Shown: in pieces, positions 26,631-39,712 of the stretch | Layout: each line of letters starts with the position of its first letter | Position numbering within the stretch: the first letter of the stretch is position 1 | DNA from: Paraspadella gotoi | Lineage: Eukaryota > Animalia > Chaetognatha | Assembly (NCBI GenBank): GCA_051294375.1 | Contig: CM119269.1 | Coordinates: 16,171,010 to 16,235,009 of the forward strand | Direction of reading: 5' to 3' | Length of the DNA: 64,000 nt | Made by a program: the position numbers and the translations under genes | Notes under the pieces: model-generated | Seen by the model: the letters and a program-made list of their open reading frames with translations, nothing else | Told to the model about the DNA's origin: nothing | The model's database searches: none

Positions 26631-29038
26631 AAATCGACAGATTTAATGACAAAAGTCAGCGACAGAAAAATAGGAAGAGGAATAGGAACAAACGAAATGG
26701 CAGTTGATAGAGATGAATGTCAATAAAAAAACCTACCAATATAACCGAGCGCTTTAGTTTATTGATTCGGAAGGAAATCACAAGACGGGAAAAGATCTGG
26801 CGACAGTGAAAGACGTAAAATGGCGAAACGAAGAAGAAAAGAAAAATCACGGGTTCACAGTTCGGTAAATAAAACAGACTCTATCCTACGACCCGACGGA
26901 AACGAACATGGCGACGACGAGAATGGTGACGGCGATGACGACCACTATTACGACGATAACGACCACAACGTAACCTCCGACAGGGTTAATGGTTTTTAAT
27001 TTTCTTTAGCAGGAAAAAATTAACATTTTTTCTTGTTTTTATCTTCGCGACAAATTGCACCTTAAACTTGAAAACTGAAACCGGTCCTTCATCGATGCCG
27101 AGATGTGCGTCACAATATCGTCTTTATTAAACAAACATTCGTTGACTCATGGATCGAATTACGCAATCAGTGAAGGTAAAATATATTCATAGATCCCAAA
27201 ATTTTATTGTTTATGTGTTGTTGACAGGTCAAAGTTAAAATACATTCTTTCGAATTAGGAATTGACAAACAAATAAATCTTTTCGGATACACTACCAGGT
27301 TTTAAATGTTATCTAATGATACCCATTATCTTTCCGTAATGCGTTACAAAGTTTGCAATCCCGAGTTTTCCCATCGACGCCATCACCGTCGTCGTCGTTG
27401 TCGTCGTCGTCGTCGTCGTTCGCGTATTCATCCTTGGCCTTTTACTTTTATTGTTGTTTCTCTTTCCCCCAAAAAAACTCGTGATGTCGTAACTCGATCA
27501 TCAAATCAATTGGAGAAACGACGATGATCACGATTACGACGCCGACGATCACGTGAGTCGGCTTGCCCCCCCAAAGGAAGGATTTTCGGGAAGCCGGATT
27601 TTATTCAGGTGGCAATTACTGATATTCAGAGAGAAAAGAGAAAGGAGTAACTGTACAGTTTATTACATGATTACGTTTAAGTTTAAGTACATTGAGAAAC
27701 TTTACTCCTACTACAATGTATTCCTGACAATAATAGACTCCAAATGGTTGACATTGATAATCAATTTCCTTCTTTCGCTTTATTTTCATGTCAAACTTCA
27801 CAACATGAAGAGAGGAACTTCCTCGCATTCCTTATTTCTATTTCTTCCTTCCGTTTGCTCTCATAAACAATTCAGGGAGAAGAGGCTGAAGAGAAGACGT
27901 CGGTCAGAAGTCGGAGTCGGTGGAAAGAGAGGTCGGAGTAGATAGGTCGTTGTTAAGAAGTCGGAGTGGAATTAGCGAATCGTTTAGTGGTCAGTTTTTG
28001 GGCAAGTGAGGTCGGAAGAGACGATTAGGTAAGATTGAAGATAAATTAAGATAAATTGTATTCAGATTAGACGATTTCTTTTTCCTGGCCGTTTCTTTAT
28101 TAACTAAGAAATTGTTACAAGCAAGGTTTCCATCCGTCTCCTTACGCCGTCACCCTATATTAACCAATCAATCTTTTATCTCTTCTCTCTTTTTTATCGG
28201 AAGCCCAGCCGTCAAATCTCCGTGTACCGTCGGCCCACGCGTTGCCGCTGTCACGGCCGTGACATCGGCGGAAAGGGCCCCCGTCACGGCCGTAACTCCG
28301 CGTACGCACTCTCACCGCCCGTCGCGCGCGCCTTCGCGCCTTTAACGCCATCTCCAGCCCCATCCGGCGTTTCGTCGGCGCCACCCGGCCGCCGACGACC
28401 ATCCTTCTTCGTTTTATTACCTCACAAGCAGCTTAATTAAGACTAAAAAACGGCCTTATTACCGCGCCATTATCTCATTAAAAGTCGACCACCGGAGCGG
28501 GATGCGTGGGGTGGAATGGGGAGAAAGGGGAGGAGGGGGAGAGAAGGGGGAGAGAAGGGGGAGAAAAAGAGGGGGTAAAAGAAAGGAAAGGAAGGAGAGG
28601 GTTGGAACTCGACGCTTTGTCCTCCTTTTTTTTTATTACGCGCACTTTTTTTTTATTATTTTTTAGTTTTTTTTTTTTGTTGTTTTTTTTTTTTTCGTTT
28701 TTTCTCTTTTCCTTTTTTTGTTTTTTTTTTTTTTTATCGAGTTTCTTTTTTTTTCGAAGATAAAAACGAAGCCGCGTTCATTTCTTCGCCAAAGATTAAA
28801 AATTATGAAAATTAAAAAAATAGATAAAACTTAAAAGAATGTTTTTGAAATCCTGGACAGGACTAACTTTTTTTCGCCGGGCGAATGTTTTACGACACCT
28901 GTCGAACAAAATCATTGGTAACCGATGACTCGTTCGACTTTTGCGGGGAGCGGTTGCAAGTTGCAACAGCGGCATCATCGACGACAACTTGTCATCAGAG
29001 GTTTTATTGATGGCATCAGCGACCTGTCTGCAATCTTT

Positions 29039-29071
<33 letters not shown>

Positions 29072-30945
29072 TTAAAAGTCAGAAGAACTCAACCTCGAGA
29101 ATTTTTTACTGAGACCATTACATCTCGAGTTCAAGGATTTCACTTTTCCTTTTCATTCTCGTCTCAAGGTTTTTTTTTCTTTTTTTTTTTTTAAACGGAA
29201 TTTTTTTTTTTTAAGCGTTGCCCTCTTCGCGAGCGAAGGTTGGATGTCGATCGTGAAAGTTTTTTTTTACCGACATTGTAAAGTAGTAAAAGTACTACTT
29301 TAAAGTTAAAGGTAATTTCGAAAGAACGCGAGGAAAGGTGTGGCCAATGAAAAATGTAAGTTTGGACATAGCTGTTTTTTTTTTTATCCTAATCCTGAAT
29401 CTATTCAAATATACAGTAGAAATACAATACAATTGAAATAATACAAGAGCAAATTGTTGTATGATTTTCTCGCGGTTTAATTAAAAAGCTTGTAGGGTAA
29501 AATTAAATTAAGAAATAATATTTTAAAAAACTTTATGCGTATTGAGAAGAAAAATAGAAAAAATTGCTATCACTAGACAAGAAAATCACTTAAATTTTCT
29601 TCTCACTCTCGGTCACGGATAAATTGAACTCACCTCATAAATCAACGTCCGAAGAACACGAAGAACGAAAAGTATTCGGCATTTATCGAAAACGAGTTTC
29701 ATCGTATGTTGGTTTATAAACAAAAAACGGAAGGAAGAAAGAATTTCGTGATTCGCGTCGAAAACAAAAGAACAAGAAGAAAGTCTCGTCGACGCAAAAG
29801 TGTATCTAGAAGGAGATGAGGAGGAGGAGGAGGAGGAGGAGGAGGAGGATGAGCGAACCTTGTTTGGAAAACACGGAACAGGATGGGTACCTCATGGGTT
29901 CTCTCGAGTCGGAGAATTAAAACCTCCCGCGTGGAAGAGATTTTGACCAAGAGGGCGGAGTAGTGAGGGGGGTGAAGGAATGTGATATAGGAATCACACG
30001 TCGTTTTGTGATCGATATGAAAGTGAAGGAAACGTTAGTGATTGAAACTAAGTGAGATTTAAGGAAGTTTTCTCGGAAAAGTAGGTGGTGGACCATGGGT
30101 TAGTCTCTAGCAGAGTCTGTGTTCGCTTTTTGGTCTTCTCACAAAATCATTAGCAACTCCCAGCTGCGTTAAATGTCCACGCCACTTACAAAGTTACATG
30201 TATTTTTTAGATTTTCCATCCAAAATTAAAAGAAATAAGCTACGTGCCATAAATTCGAAGCAATAAAAAACAAAATCTCACAGCCGCTACAAGCTTTCAG
30301 CCCTGCATCTTTCCAAGCCTCACTCCTTTTTTTCATTGCATCTTCATCACTTTCATCTGCAATTTCACAACTCTCACCCTGTAATAAGTACCAGGACTCC
30401 CACCCACTCCTACACATCGCCCTCACCCTTCCGCTATCTTCTTCGTGACACGTCCCTATCTTCAATCCTCCTCTTCCTCCTCTCACTTTTTCTCGGCCGG
30501 GGCGCCGGGCGCCGGGCGTCGGGCGCCTGTCACTTTGAATTATTCCATTCCGACCAAGTTCTTGTGGACAGACTCAAAATCACTTTCTCTTCCTGCCCAA
30601 CTTCGAATTTGGGTAACGAAACCTCGAGATCGTTTCGCCGTCTCTCGTCTTCTCGAGCCTCGATTCGAAAACAAGACCTTCTCTTTTCCCTTTTAATCCA
30701 ATTCACACAAAATCTCTCATTGAGAGATGCGCATCTATCATTTAGCCATTTCTTGTTGCCAAACTATCGTTTAAAGCGCCATGGTTTCCCAACAAAATCG
30801 AACTTCAGACAATTTTCGATATCGACGTGCTTTAGTTACATCGACACGAAATCCTAGTATATTAACAGGAGAAAAGCTTTTGTAATAAAAAAAAAATGGC
30901 TCGTCTCAATGTTGCGGGGTTTTCTTTTTTATATTATATACTGAT

Positions 30946-31032
<87 letters not shown>

Positions 31033-31386
31033 TCTCCGTTCTTGGCCTCATCAAATTCTCTTCATGTTCGCATATCTTCTCTCCAGACTCGCTCCTTTTC
31101 TTCACTGTTCTATCTTCCACTTCCTCCCTGTCAATCTCCTTGCTCCCTCCTCCTCTTCTGCCACCCCTCCCTACCCCTCTTCACCACCATCGTCATTCAG
31201 CGAAGGATCTCACAACTTTCTCTCCCTTTCGTTCCATCATCTCCAAGAAAAGTGTCATCCTCAGTTTTAATCGCACTTATATCCAAAAAAACCCGGTCGT
31301 TGTTGTTGTTGTTGTTGGAGTTGTTATCGTCGTTTTTGACGCTGTTTGGTCAGGAAACTTCAATTTTTCTTGTTTTTGTATATTTA

Positions 31387-31429
<43 letters not shown>

Positions 31430-32092
31430 ACTCACTCTCTCATATATCTCTCATAACTCTTTTTCATTTCTTGGACCATCCTTTGGCTGCCCATTATTCA
31501 CTTCGCCAAACACAAATTAATCTCACGAATTAATCACCTTAACGCAATTAAATTCGAGCTAAATAGAAAAAATACTTTTTCAATTTTCTTTAAAATCCGT
31601 GAATTTAATTTGCAGTTTTCAGTTCACTAACGTCAGTTGGGGTTGCGTGGAAATGTAAAAAGAGAGTAGGTTATTAAATTTTATATTCAAGCTTTTAACA
31701 GTTTGTTAATAACCGTGTTATTAGTTGAACGTATATATATTCGAACAAATTTTCAAATGAGACTTAATTACTGACTTATATTTATCGTGATGTTATTTTA
31801 TGAACTATAAAACTATCACCTTTTCCTAAATAATGATTATAATTATAAGCTTAGCGTTTGTCCTCGCAAGAACTTAATTTCAAAAGAATTATAAATGCAA
31901 TGCAAATGATTTAAGTTGAAAACCGGTTTAGCCCAATTATCTTTTGTATTATTAACATTATTATTATTTTTCTCAAAAAACGCCTCCCTCCCAAGGAGTC
32001 TTGGCAATTGTTCGAATCAAGACCCGCTCTTTTATTTGAAAACCACGCGTTCGGTCTCGTCTCTCTCGTCCTCGTCTCTCTTATCTCATCTC

Positions 32093-32186
<94 letters not shown>

Positions 32187-32337
32187 CTTGGGCAAATTTT
32201 GATTAGTAATAGACACCAGATTCTCAGAGAAAACCCAACTCCAGATAAAACTCAATTGTTCCGAGGCTTTTTTTAATTTTGTCGGGGTGGCCCTCTGGAC
32301 TCGAACGCGCTCCCGCTGACTGCTGAAAAAACTTTGT

Positions 32338-32427
<90 letters not shown>

Positions 32428-32817
32428 GAATTTTTTACACAGCCTTCTTCCTGTTCCGTCCTTAATAGATAAGTTCAAGTGATTTTAACTACATAGAAAA
32501 TTTCAGAACGGGAAAATTTTAAATTTTATTACAATCAACACATATCTAAATATCAAAAATTAGGAATACGCTCACATCGATAGTTAGTTGTTACTTATAT
32601 AAATATTTCCTTTTTTTCTCGATTTACAAGCAAACAATGAAAGATAGACGAATAAAAAACAATACCGTTAGATTTTTACCCTAACGGTCGGCTTTCTCTA
32701 TCCTCTTATTGTCCTTTCTTTCCGTCATTCACTCCTCACCTCTTCCACACCCCTCCCCCCTCTCCACCCCCTCTCTCCCAGCTCCGCCCGCCGGCGACGT
32801 GCGCGCTCCTCTTGAAT

Positions 32818-32880
32818 TGACCTCGGAGGCCTCGGTGTCGACCTCGGGTGACCTCGCGGTGACCCCGGGGTCAAAGTTGA
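32818..32880 (-). promoter_or_regulatory. Nuclear-receptor half-site cluster including a DR5 (RARE-like) element
   Basis: TGACCT-CGCGG-TGACCC at 32849-32865 (GGGTCA-n5-AGGTCA on minus), plus TGACCT 32818, CGACCT 32839 and the palindrome TGACCCCGGGGTCA 32860-32873. Confidence 0.45.
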
Positions 32881-32975
32881 TTATCAAATTCGGTCTTAGC
32901 TCGATGGCAAATCAAACCAAATCAAACCGATGCGAAGGAGAGAGAGAGAGAGAGAGAGAGAGAAGAGAGGAGAAC

Positions 32976-33015
<40 letters not shown>

Positions 33016-33650
33016 TGAGAGGAGAGGTAGAGAGAGTGGAGAGCATCAGAAAAGATTAAAAAAAGGAGAAAAAAAGGAAAAGGGAAGGGAGGAAAGAAAA
33101 AGGAGGCGGGAAGGCGGAAACGGGAACGAAAAATTGTGATATTAAACGCGGGAAGAAGGAAGAAGGAAAAAGAAAGTAAAGGNNNNNNNNNNNNNNNNNN
33201 NNNNNNNNNNNNNNNNNNNNNNNNNNNNNNNNNNNNNNNNNNNNNNNNNNNNNNNNNNNNNNNNNNNNNNNNNNNNNNNNNNNNNNNNNNNNNNNNNNNN
33301 NNNNNNNNNNNNNNNNNNNNNNNNNNNNNNNNNNNNNNNNNNNNNNNNNNNNNNNNNNNNNNNNNNNNNNNNNNNNNNNNNNNNNNNNATTACAGAATTA
33401 TTTTCATACTTTTGAAAATGTTCATCATCTCTTCGACCAGGATCCAGGATGGCTTTGCTNNNNNNNNNNTCGATAAAAACACAAAACTGCCGGGCCCACT
33501 GAGTGTAGGGACTACCTTCACCATCGGTGGAAGATGGCGACTCTCTATTCTCGCAGTCACTTCAAATATAAATCCATCTTTAATCCCAAACCAAAGAAAA
33601 CTTAACACAGGAAAGAACCTCAATAAAATATACAAGAAAAAAAGATTCAC

Positions 33651-33852
33651 CTTTCTTTTTGCAACGACACTTTCCTCTACAGACGAGGCACAAGATGAAG
33701 ATGGTGACGAAGATGAGGACCCAACAAATCCAGAATCCCATCATGAAATAAGAGGGGACCTCGGGTTCGCTCCCGATCAATTCCTCCTCGGACACTGACG
33801 GGCCTGCATCGATCGATCCCGAAATACTCGGGGGAAGTGTCCGGTTCGCCAT
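33651..33852 (-). CDS. Small single-pass membrane protein, paralog C (first coding exon)
   Basis: MANRTLPPSISGSIDAGPSVSEEELIGSEPEVPSYFMMGFWICWVLIFVTIFILCLVCRGKCRCKKK then phase-1 donor G|GTGAAT; N-terminal NRT sequon, TM, Cys/basic tail; downstream exon obscured by N-gaps. Confidence 0.65.
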
Positions 33853-34393
33853 AGTCCAACGGTCAACAGCCGAATATCCGGCCGTCCGTCAGTCCAGAAT
33901 CGTTCCGGTGTTTCCCGGGACGGTTACGTCGGCGCCCTTCCTTTTCGGTTCGGTATCTGATCGTTGTTAAGGGGGAAATTTATAGGCGATGACGAAAACT
34001 ACGTTCTAGCGCGGGGCCACTGGTAACGAATCGATGAATGGAGGAAAAAAAAAGAAAGAAAAAAAAACAGATTCTTCAATCGAGAAATGATGAAAATCAA
34101 ACACGAATCGAAATTTCGGGGGAAAAAAAGCACTATTTTTGGGGATGAGCATCGTTTCTAAACAACTCATTGATTTTATATCAAATTTTGTGTAGCGTTC
34201 GATAGACAATTGCAAACATTATCTCCATGTGCATAATTTCATCATAATCGCACAATCCGTTCAAAAGTAATCGCCAAAAAGCCAATTCGCCAAAATCGCT
34301 CTTCAAACCGATCAACTTTCCTTTTAAAATCGAGCTCGTTTTGATCCAACAAAGATTAGTACTATGCGTAGTACTAAGCTTTAGAACCGGCGC

Positions 34394-34597
34394 CACAGTG
34401 AGATCCTGGGCCTGAATTTTCAGAAAAATCCCTTTCAGTTAAAAATAAATTTTTTTATAATATGAATTATAAAAATATTTTTTAAAAATTTATTTGAATA
34501 TTTAAATAATTAAATATAATTTTTATTATTTTAAATAATCAAATAAAATATTTATAATAACAATATATATTATTATCAGATTATATAATCATAATAA

Positions 34598-34637
<40 letters not shown>

Positions 34638-35104
34638 TAAAATAATAATAATATAATTAAAAAAAATAAAATTAAAAAAAAAAAAATTATTTTATTTTAT
34701 TATTATATTTTTATTATTATTATTATTATTATTATTTATTTTATATTATTATTATTATTTATTATTATTATTATTAAAATTAAAAAAATTAAAATTTTTT
34801 AAAATTATTTATATTTATATAATTATTATATTTTATTAAAATTAAAATTTTAATTAATCTTATATTTTAATTATATCATGATAAAAAAACTCGCAGTTTA
34901 AAACAAATTAGTTAATTTTATTGTAAAATATATTTTTTATACACTATATATATATATATAGTACTACCATTCTCAGATTAAATAAAAAAATTTATTTTTA
35001 AAACTATAATTATATTATATAAATATTTTTAGTATATTATATAATAATATAAAAAAATTTAAAATTTATTTTTCTAGCATTTGGGACTCACAAGCAACAC
35101 TGTG
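34394..35104. mobile_element. Possible MITE / non-autonomous DNA transposon remnant with an extremely AT-rich core
   Basis: Bounded by CACAGTG (34394-34400) and CACTGTG (35098-35104) with weak further inverted similarity (..agaaaaa / tttttct..); interior almost purely A/T. Confidence 0.35.
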
Positions 35105-35779
35105 CGACGATTTTTGTTTTTAATAAGTTTTTATTGGACTTTTTTTAAATTTTGCATTATATTGAGAAAACGCTTTGAATTAAGCCCGCGCTCTACCTAT
35201 TTGAATAGTAAAATCAATACAGTTTCTGTCAATTGTGTTCAAAATTGAAAAAAATGAAGGCTTGACTATGCAGTTTACACCTAAAAAACCAGTTCATTTG
35301 ATGCTTTATCAAGCAATTAAGATTTGCAAGAATTTTAATTTTGCTTTTTTTCATCATGTAGAGAAGACAATAAGGTTTCGGAAACTGTACTAATATGTAT
35401 GATTTGGTCTTTTTTACTCAAGAAGCCAGGCGGTTTTCTTGGAATAGGGAAAAAACGACATGACCAGTCTATTAAATACCATTTTTGGGCATGATAAATT
35501 GGGAATTTCGATCGCGCTCTACCTCCATTGGCCTTCCCAAGACGCCAAGCTTTCGAAATCTGCCCATATTGATATAATTTTTTTGGCCGTGACTATGCAG
35601 TTTTAATAGAAGTGAAATATAAAGGAATCTTGATCGGAGCTTCGATTCGAACGATGCTCATCTCTACTATTTTGGAAGGACGCTAATCCAAAAAGAACAT
35701 TCATCATACTTAAATGCATATAAATATAAATAAATAAATAAAAATACAACTTGAGTCGATAAAACGGGTTAATTTTTAC

Positions 35780-35942
35780 TTTCGTTTTCCTTCTTCTTTC
35801 GCTGGCACTTGGACTTTCCGTTGCAGATGACGGAGAAGACGAAAGCGGCGACGAAGCCCAGGATCCCGACGACCCACAAAGCGATGAAGAGATTCGCGTG
35901 CTCGAAATCAACGTTGTTCACCGAACTTCCTTTCGACTGCAT
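35780..35942 (-). CDS. Small single-pass membrane protein, paralog B (first coding exon)
   Basis: MQSKGSSVNNVDFEHANLFIALWVVGILGFVAAFVFSVICNGKSKCQRKKKENE then phase-1 donor A|GTAAAA; below the ORF-track cutoff; possible second exon 35682-35603. Confidence 0.65.
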
Positions 35943-36474
35943 GATTCAGCTGGGATCGGGGGGCGTGGCCGACGACGAGGGCATCGGCGTTGACGTGGGC
36001 GTCGTCGTGGGCGTGCCCCCAGGCGATTCTCTTGTCAACGAATTCAAGAATTTACCACTTTTTTTAAATTTCTGACCGAGTCCTTTTTAAAGGTCGTCCA
36101 CTTAGTAAATAGGGAAATAATGCATTTGATAGATAAAATTAAGCTTAAATATATGAATTATTTTGTCCATCTTACGAACTGATCGTTTTAATAAAGGATT
36201 GATTTAAGCGACTGAATTAAGGCTATCGATTAGTGTTTTAATTGAGACTTAAAATAACTCTTCGGAAAGAAATGACTTCATTGATGTCAAACAAACTTAA
36301 AATTTCGGATTGATTTAAAGATTGTAAAAACAAATTATTTTCGAACTTTTGCAACAACAAAAAAATCTTTAATTATTCATTGTCCCGCCAGTATCTTGTC
36401 ATTTTCCGTCCACGTTAATCAATGTTCTCGAAGTCGAAAGTTTCTCGTCTCTTCGATCTTCATCTTCGATTTGG

Positions 36475-36539
36475 TCACGTGACAGAGATCTTCACGTTTT
36501 TCTCTCTCGCCGGCGGAATCGACGAAGTCTGGGTTCCGG
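36475..36539 (-). CDS. Paralog A exon 2 (terminal); protein ~94 aa
   Basis: Pyrimidine tract plus ttcag|, phase-compatible AGTQTSSIPPAREKNVKISVT*; ATTAAA about 100 nt downstream. Confidence 0.6.
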
Positions 36540-36629
36540 CTGAAGGATGCCAGGTTTGAGAGAGAGAGAGAGACAGAGTCGGAGATAGTGAGACAGAGAC
36601 AGAGACGAGAGACGGACTCAACCTCTCAC

Positions 36630-36812
36630 CCGCTTTCTCTCTTCGACTCCATTTGCAGGAGAAGGCAACGAAGACGATGAAGGCGACGAACCAAATGACC
36701 CAAAGAAAGACGATGACGACGACGACGTCCAACGGAGGGCGTGTCTGCGGTGCGGGGCAGGTGGCGCGCGGAGGCGGCAACGTCTCGGAACTCGACGTTC
36801 CGGTCGATCGAT

Positions 36813-36843
<31 letters not shown>

Positions 36844-36849
36844 GTTCAT
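36630..36849 (-). CDS. Small single-pass membrane protein, paralog A exon 1
   Basis: MNTTTTTTTTTTDRSTGTSSSETLPPPRATCPAPQTRPPLDVVVVIVFLWVIWFVAFIVFVAFSCKWSRREKA then phase-1 donor G|GTGAGA; NTT sequon and S/T-rich ectodomain. Confidence 0.65.
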
Positions 36850-37372
36850 GTTGACGAGTGTTATAAAAATTCAATAAAAAAAAAATATGAAAAATAAATA
36901 AATAAGAATAATCGCTGAGAGAAACTATGGCGGATGACTTGGAATAAAAACTAAAAGTAAAGTTGGTTGGTAATTGTGACTATTAATTATGATTTAATCG
37001 AAGCTCAGTTATTTCCACAGAAAAAAACTTGTTTATCAATTTTTTAGGAAAATATTAATTTTAAGAAAGCAATTTAACGAAGTGACATGTACTAAAAAGA
37101 TACAAAAAAATATTCTAGTTTTTTCATTAGTGACGAATTAATGATTGGTCTTTAAAAATCAAGAAATGTAAAATATTCTTCTTACTCGGATTAATATTGA
37201 AATTCCCGAAAAATCATTCGGATTTTCAATTTCATTCTCGAAAAACGTTTCTGATACTAAAATTCTCCTAAGATTAATTCCGAGTTCAGCCATCGCTGGA
37301 AGTCCCACCCCAGCTCCTTTCCTTTTAACCTCCGGTCCTTTCCCATCTCCAACTTTCCTGGTCCATTGCAAC

Positions 37373-37437
<65 letters not shown>

Positions 37438-38560
37438 CTCTCCTCTCTTCTCTCTCTCTCTACTTCTCTCTCTCCCTACTTTTCCCCGCCGAACTTGACT
37501 TGAGGTCCACCTTTGACACGAGATCATCAGATTTCCCGTTTTTATGTCGTTGAAGTCGGGATGAGTTTTTGGCCCGAGGAAATCTTCCTTTGGCCGCGAG
37601 TTCAACGATGCCAGACCACCGATGCCAGATCGTCTTTGGCCCAGGCGGACGGTTAGGGCAAAAATATTATCAATACAAGATTTGACCGCTTTTTTTTTAA
37701 TTTCGAAGGTTTCATGACTACAGGATTTTCTTGGTACGATTAAATTAATGTGTGTCGACTAGAAATATATCGAATACCCAATCGTATGGTGAGCACTTGA
37801 ATTAATACCTGGCTAATAATTGCCAAAATCCTTTCCGCGACAAGAATCGGTTCATATTGAATGTCAAAGACCTTTCGCAAGCCATTTAAGTTCCCAGTAA
37901 ATTCGCATCTGGCAAAGATGCAAGATCCGTTCAAAGCCAATTGTATCCAGGATCTCGTTTCTCTGAGTTGCGAGATTGAATAATAAATGGACTCGAGTTG
38001 GAAAGAAATGGCACCGAACGAGGGACAGACGGACAAACAGACCGGTCCACTTTGAGAGCTTCCTTTGAAAATGACACATTTTTTAAAACTTGAGTGTAGA
38101 AAATAGAAAAGGGAAATACTTAATGATAATCTTATTGTCAACATTGAATCTCTGACGACGCGGCTCGTCTCTCTGAGGTAATAATGGAGGCGAGAGGCGG
38201 CGACGGCGGCTGCGGCTGCGGCTGTGTGGGTCGTGTTAGCCCCGAGCACCGATCCATTGACCACAATTGTTAACCTTAACCCTGCCCCCTTCGCCGAGGG
38301 ACCGAAACGGGTAACGACGAGAGAAGACGACGACGACGACGACGACGACGAAGAAGAAGAAGAAGATGAGACTAAATCTCAGACGAGATAAAAAAAAAAC
38401 CCATTTCAAAAAATTCCCATGGGACCAGAATAGTCAGTCGGTCGGTCGGTCCGAGGATTGGACAGAAGACGGTCACGCGACGACGGACACAATTTTTTTC
38501 TGTACTTTTTTATATTTTATCTCCTCTCTCTCTCTCTCTCTCATCTCTCTTTATTTTCCT

Positions 38561-38640
<80 letters not shown>

Positions 38641-38934
38641 GTTTTTTTTTTACAGATTTCAGGGGAAAAAAAATGAGAGAAGCCGAAGTAATAAACTATA
38701 ACTCTGAATCAAATTCCACCAATCAGGAGCCAGAAAAATCAATCATAACCGAATTCGGGACAGAGACAGAAAAAAAACCTTGACCAATGAATCCATCGCG
38801 AAATATGAATGATGAATCTTAAAAAGATGTGGAAGATGCCATCGGGTTCGTGACAAACGGCCCCATGGCAGGAAAGTTCGGCCTGACAAAAAAAAAAGTG
38901 GGAGAGAGAGAAGAGAGAAAGAGAGAGACGGACG

Positions 38935-38966
<32 letters not shown>

Positions 38967-39664
38967 GAGACGAGAGAATTTGAATTCTCCTTTTTTTAGC
39001 TTCTTAATCTTGACGTTTTTTCCCGACCTCGCTGACACGAACTTTCCTTCGCGTCGTGGCCTTATGACACGCGTTCTTGACTCCAATTCGACACATTAGA
39101 CCACAAAAATTTGTCATTTTGTAACGGGCGGGCATCGCCGCATGAGGTTACGCTCTTCGGAAACGAAGAATGAAACGGAGGCGCGTTTTTACTTTATAGT
39201 AGCTCCTCCTTTTGAAAAGTTGTTACTCCGTACATTCGGGTCGAAAAAAAAAAACGAATTCAATAAATAGGTTGATGAGGATGACGACGATGACGACGAC
39301 AATGAGGACGAAGAAGAAATACCACGCGGTCTCTCTAATTATTTGATAACCATTCTTGATAACTTTATAATTACCTTAGTAATTTAGTAACCATAAACAT
39401 TACTTCAATTTCCGTTTGTATTTTCTACTATATTTCGTTATGGTTCAAATCTGTAGTATTCAAAATTGGGAAACAAAAAAGATGTTAAAACATACTAGGT
39501 ATAAAATAAAATAAAATAAAATAAAATAAATCTACACCTATGTTTTATTTGTTCTTTGATCTTTAATTTTTGTGTTTTTTTTCCCTGGGAGAAAAGGCAA
39601 TGAGTTCATGGTGACCCAGTGGTAATCGTAAAACATCATTGCGCGCGAAAGAATGTGTGTGTGT

Positions 39665-39712
<48 letters not shown>

